DNA from: an uncultured Nitrososphaerota archaeon
GTDB lineage: Archaea; Thermoproteota; Nitrososphaeria; Nitrososphaerales; Gagatemarchaeaceae
Assembly: GCA_963703285.1 (NCBI GenBank)
Contig: OY969807.1
Coordinates: 1,984,001 to 2,048,000 of the forward strand
Direction of reading: 5' to 3'
Length of the DNA stretch: 64,000 nucleotides
Part shown: positions 60,924-64,000 of the stretch, piece by piece
Numbering within the stretch: the stretch's first letter is position 1
Layout: the number at the start of each line of letters is the position of its first letter
Notes under the pieces: model-generated
What the model was told of the DNA's origin: nothing
Database searches by the model: none
What the model saw: only the letters and a program-made list of their open reading frames with translations
Made by a program: the position numbers and the translations under genes

Positions 60924-62336
60924 TCAAGTTCGCAAGCTGCTGAGCGGAACGTCACCTGCTTCCAACTCCTGGAGAATAGGACGCGAGGTCTCTAGCGTTC
61001 CTCCAAGCTGCTCGTTCTTCTTCGAATCGACGAGAGATGCGTCTATCAGATTTATGAATGCATCCTTGCCCAAGGGGACTACGGTTGATACAATCATGCA
61101 CGCTCTAAGGTAGCCCAGAACCTTGATCAGCAACGCATCGACGCTACCGTATCTTCCTTCAAGTTTTGTCTTGTCTTTGTAACTTAGCCTGCTGCCATGG
61201 GCGAAAGTGCTTCTTACGCTGTAGGCATCTGAAACCACTTTCTGAACCCCGAGCGGATCATATGAGAAATTGCCGAGAAGTTTTGCAATCCTGTTCTTTA
61301 GCCGATAGGTAAGTTCCTGCTGTTCTCCGCCCGGCTTGAGTAGTAGGGCCTCCAAGCCCATTATACTGTTCGCGACCCTCCGCTCAATCAAACCGTCTTG
61401 CATCAGTGAATCACAGTAGTGCCGATAACTGATTGTTACGTGATCCTCTTCTCTTCCACCCGGCGGCAAATAGAATGCCTCCGGAATCCTCCCTTGGAAA
61501 GCCTGCCAGAACCTCTTGAACCGCTTCGCTTCAGCATCTCGGACTAAAAACTTCCCCAATGGATTTCCAGCGTTGCCCGGATAGGAGACTGCGCCGAAAG
61601 GTGGCCAGAGCGCCTCTGAGTAATTTCGACAATAGCTGTATGAGACACCAATTGCGCTGAATAGTCTCAACATAGCTATTGTCTTCTCCACCGCTTTTTG
61701 GACTTCGAGATTCGAGGTTGACTGCATTTCGATTTCCAGAATGGCAGAAGCTGCGGGAAAGAGGAAGGTTCTAGCCAGAGGCGAATCCCCAAGTTGGTTC
61801 TTCTCCAGATCCTCTTTCGTTATCTTCCTCATGACTTGGCCGCTACCAAACTCAATCTTGTTTGTCCCTAACACTGTTCCAGTGAGCCAAACTTCAGACC
61901 AGTGGCGTATCGGCTGATCATGAAGCTCTTTGAGAATGACGTCAGCGAGCCCTTTTACAAGGTCCGCGTCAAACTTTCCCGTTTCAAAATAGTCGCTGGC
62001 GATTCGATAGACGAACCTGTCGAGTCTTGCATTGATTGCGTTATCTCCAAAGGCGCTCAGGAGTGATGCTAGAGACTCTTTGTAGGCCAACGAGTCTCTG
62101 GCTTCCTGTTGAACTTTTTCAACCGCAATAAACCAGGTTTGGGCTTGGACATTCTCTAGATGCGCACTGCTTGCCCCCGGGCCGTTTTCATTATACTCAA
62201 ATGCATCGATAAGCCAACGAGAGTAGGTTCTAAGTTCTGGTTCAAAACGCGAGCTGGCCAGCCCAACATCTACAGCGTTCTTCACACTGGTCCCTAGCTC
62301 GGTCATCAACTGGGTCAGGTGACCGTTCTCATCCAT
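60924..62336 (-). CDS. ApeA-like HEPN domain protein
   Basis: GLEALL, ELTYRL..RIA, YSVRSTFAHG (RxxxxH); low GC. Confidence 0.72.
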   Translation of the reverse strand: MDENGHLTQLMTELGTSVKNAVDVGLASSRFEPELRTYSRWLIDAFEYNENGPGASSAHLENVQAQTWFIAVEKVQQEARDSLAYKESLASLLSAFGDNAINARLDRFVYRIASDYFETGKFDADLVKGLADVILKELHDQPIRHWSEVWLTGTVLGTNKIEFGSGQVMRKITKEDLEKNQLGDSPLARTFLFPAASAILEIEMQSTSNLEVQKAVEKTIAMLRLFSAIGVSYSYCRNYSEALWPPFGAVSYPGNAGNPLGKFLVRDAEAKRFKRFWQAFQGRIPEAFYLPPGGREEDHVTISYRHYCDSLMQDGLIERRVANSIMGLEALLLKPGGEQQELTYRLKNRIAKLLGNFSYDPLGVQKVVSDAYSVRSTFAHGSRLSYKDKTKLEGRYGSVDALLIKVLGYLRACMIVSTVVPLGKDAFINLIDASLVDSKKNEQLGGTLETSRPILQELEAGDVPLSSLRT

Positions 62337-62421
62337 TGTTCGAAATCTCTCATCTGCAGTTATTAATCGTATTCAGATGAATCCGTGGCGGTTAAATCTC
62401 GTTTTCTGATTCTATTCTGAA

Positions 62422-62610
62422 TTGGTCCGAGGCTTCTGCATCCAGTGTAACACGGAGGTCGGCGGGTTCCGCGGGAGGATCGCATGGCAGTGCCCCAGCT
62501 GCCGCAAGCTCTACTGCGACACCTGCCCGAAGAAGAGGGTGGGGCGCTTCTTCAAGAAGCTCGTATGCCCCGCCATGGAGGACCGTTCAACTCCGTACTA
62601 CTCCGAATGA
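62422..62610 (+). pseudogene. Truncated zinc-finger protein
   Basis: CIQC, CPSC, CDTC and a lone final C, then unrelated sequence overlapping the next gene. Confidence 0.5.
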
Positions 62611-63512
62611 GTGGACCCGACTTCGCTCGCTTCAACAAATGAAGGGTCAACCGAGAGAAAAGCGAAGCCCCATACGAATGCCGAAAACACGCCTGAAATG
62701 GGCACGAGGGAACTAACAAGAACCGAAGCGAGGAGAGGATTAACGCCCCAGAGGAACTGGTCGAGCCGAGGTCTGATCAGGGCTTTCTTGCGCCCTCCCC
62801 GATACCAAAGGATACCCACTGCAAACAGCAGCGCTCCCGAGGCAGTCCCAGTAAGGAGACCACCGTACTTATTCGCTTCGAGCTGCACGATCAGTCCCAC
62901 AGAGAACGCGAAGGCAGCTGTTGGAAGGGAGTATGCCAATCTAGTCTTGGACCTGCTCGAAAGGATAATCAGTCCAACGAGTAAAGATAACAAGCATGTG
63001 TCGATGAGAGCCGTCTGGTAGAACCCATCGATGGATTTGAAGGATAGTCCAGTCTGCAATTGAGACAGAGAATCGCCTTTGAATGTATAGACGGCCGAGG
63101 CGACGAATGCAGAAGCTAACACGGCATATCCAAGAGCGAAGATCAGGAAGCCACCCTTCACCCTCGTGAAGACACGGAGAGCGACGACGGTCCCTAGAAT
63201 TACGACCGTTGGAAGGAAAACGATGAGACTCAAGGATGAAAACGGTGCGCTTGCTAGAATCACAATCTGCAGAACTGTGATTATCACTATGAAAGCAAAA
63301 GCAAACTTCCATAGATAAGAGACCGCGCCGAGGATTATCGCCGTGATCGCCCCAAGGACAATTGTCTCGACGAGGCCCACATAGTACCACTCAACGAATT
63401 CCGGAAATTTTAGGGCGAAACCTATGCTCAGAGCTGCCAGTAGGATTATGCCAATCCGATAGTTCCTAACGAACTGCACGACATCCTGTCGGAGAGAATT
63501 TGTTCGTTTCAT
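62598..63512 (-). CDS. Multi-pass membrane protein
   Basis: About 9-10 hydrophobic helices; low GC. Confidence 0.6.
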   Translation of the reverse strand: MKRTNSLRQDVVQFVRNYRIGIILLAALSIGFALKFPEFVEWYYVGLVETIVLGAITAIILGAVSYLWKFAFAFIVIITVLQIVILASAPFSSLSLIVFLPTVVILGTVVALRVFTRVKGGFLIFALGYAVLASAFVASAVYTFKGDSLSQLQTGLSFKSIDGFYQTALIDTCLLSLLVGLIILSSRSKTRLAYSLPTAAFAFSVGLIVQLEANKYGGLLTGTASGALLFAVGILWYRGGRKKALIRPRLDQFLWGVNPLLASVLVSSLVPISGVFSAFVWGFAFLSVDPSFVEASEVGSTHSE

Positions 63513-63573
63513 TAATCGTCATCTGCAAGACGCTGGACAATGCGCGGCCGGTTTCCAATCCCGCGCTTGGATT

Positions 63574-64000
63574 TTATCTCAGGACCGCATCGCCGTAGGC
63601 TTTCAGGGCCTCGGGCCCAACCTTGTTCATGTCCCAGGCCGTAAAGTACACCGGCGTGATTTCCACGATTATATCTCGTCCTCCCCTCACCCCGCTCAGG
63701 TATCTGGAGCTGAGGGGATGGTCTGGCTTGATGTATCTGGCAAGTATCTTCTCCATGAACCCCAGGGCCGTCTCATTGTCTGTGACCTCCTTCGCGTGCC
63801 CTCTTCCCCTCACGCCCTTGTACGGGAACCTGTCGTCGTCCACATCGAAGTAGACCGCGCCGTTCCTCTTGATGTTGGATGCCTTCGTGGTCTTCCTGTC
63901 GGTGAACATGTAGAGCTTAAGAGAATGCGGGTCGAAGTAGTACCACACCGGGTGGACGCAGGGGTTCCCCGCGGCGTCGACCGTTCCCAGCATCATGTTG
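63574..64000 (-). CDS. Pyridoxamine 5'-phosphate oxidase-like (split-barrel) protein, 5'-truncated
   Basis: LGTVD..GNP.VHPVWY, K..NI, YKGV.G.G.A, WD. Confidence 0.85.
   Translation of the reverse strand, partial: NMMLGTVDAAGNPCVHPVWYYFDPHSLKLYMFTDRKTTKASNIKRNGAVYFDVDDDRFPYKGVRGRGHAKEVTDNETALGFMEKILARYIKPDHPLSSRYLSGVRGGRDIIVEITPVYFTAWDMNKVGPEALKAYGDAVLR

Overview
High-GC archaeal chromosome segment, most likely a non-ammonia-oxidising Nitrososphaerota/Thaumarchaeota. This assignment is inferred from the archaeal EF-2 with its HEDPAHR diphthamide motif, CDC48, short XPF, F420 enzymes and TATA-type promoters. Bases 1-36 kb hold housekeeping and metabolic genes: ECF transporter, XPF, F420H2:NADP+ oxidoreductase, PPK2, CDC48, a MoxR/DUF58 operon, NDH-2 and a Rieske/cytochrome b cluster. 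The striking part is the EF-2 (fusA) locus. (i) Six direct-repeat copies of the last 12-35 codons of fusA, each ending exactly at a stop codon, lie downstream of the gene. They separate cargo modules (toxin-antitoxin pairs, small orphan genes and a 12-kb catabolic/ABC cluster), like a polarised cassette array. (ii) The first ~177 codons of fusA have sharply different codon usage, as if supplied by the lower-GC mobile island upstream. (iii) That island carries an ardC-like gene split by a complete 3.3-kb group II intron. The intron has non-canonical GCGCG...AG ends with a compensatory gamma-gamma' C-G pair, and it carries a second, pilin-signal passenger gene inside ribozyme domain I. Fic/Doc and ApeA-like HEPN genes follow. 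All calls come from reading the sequence by eye; no database searches were run.
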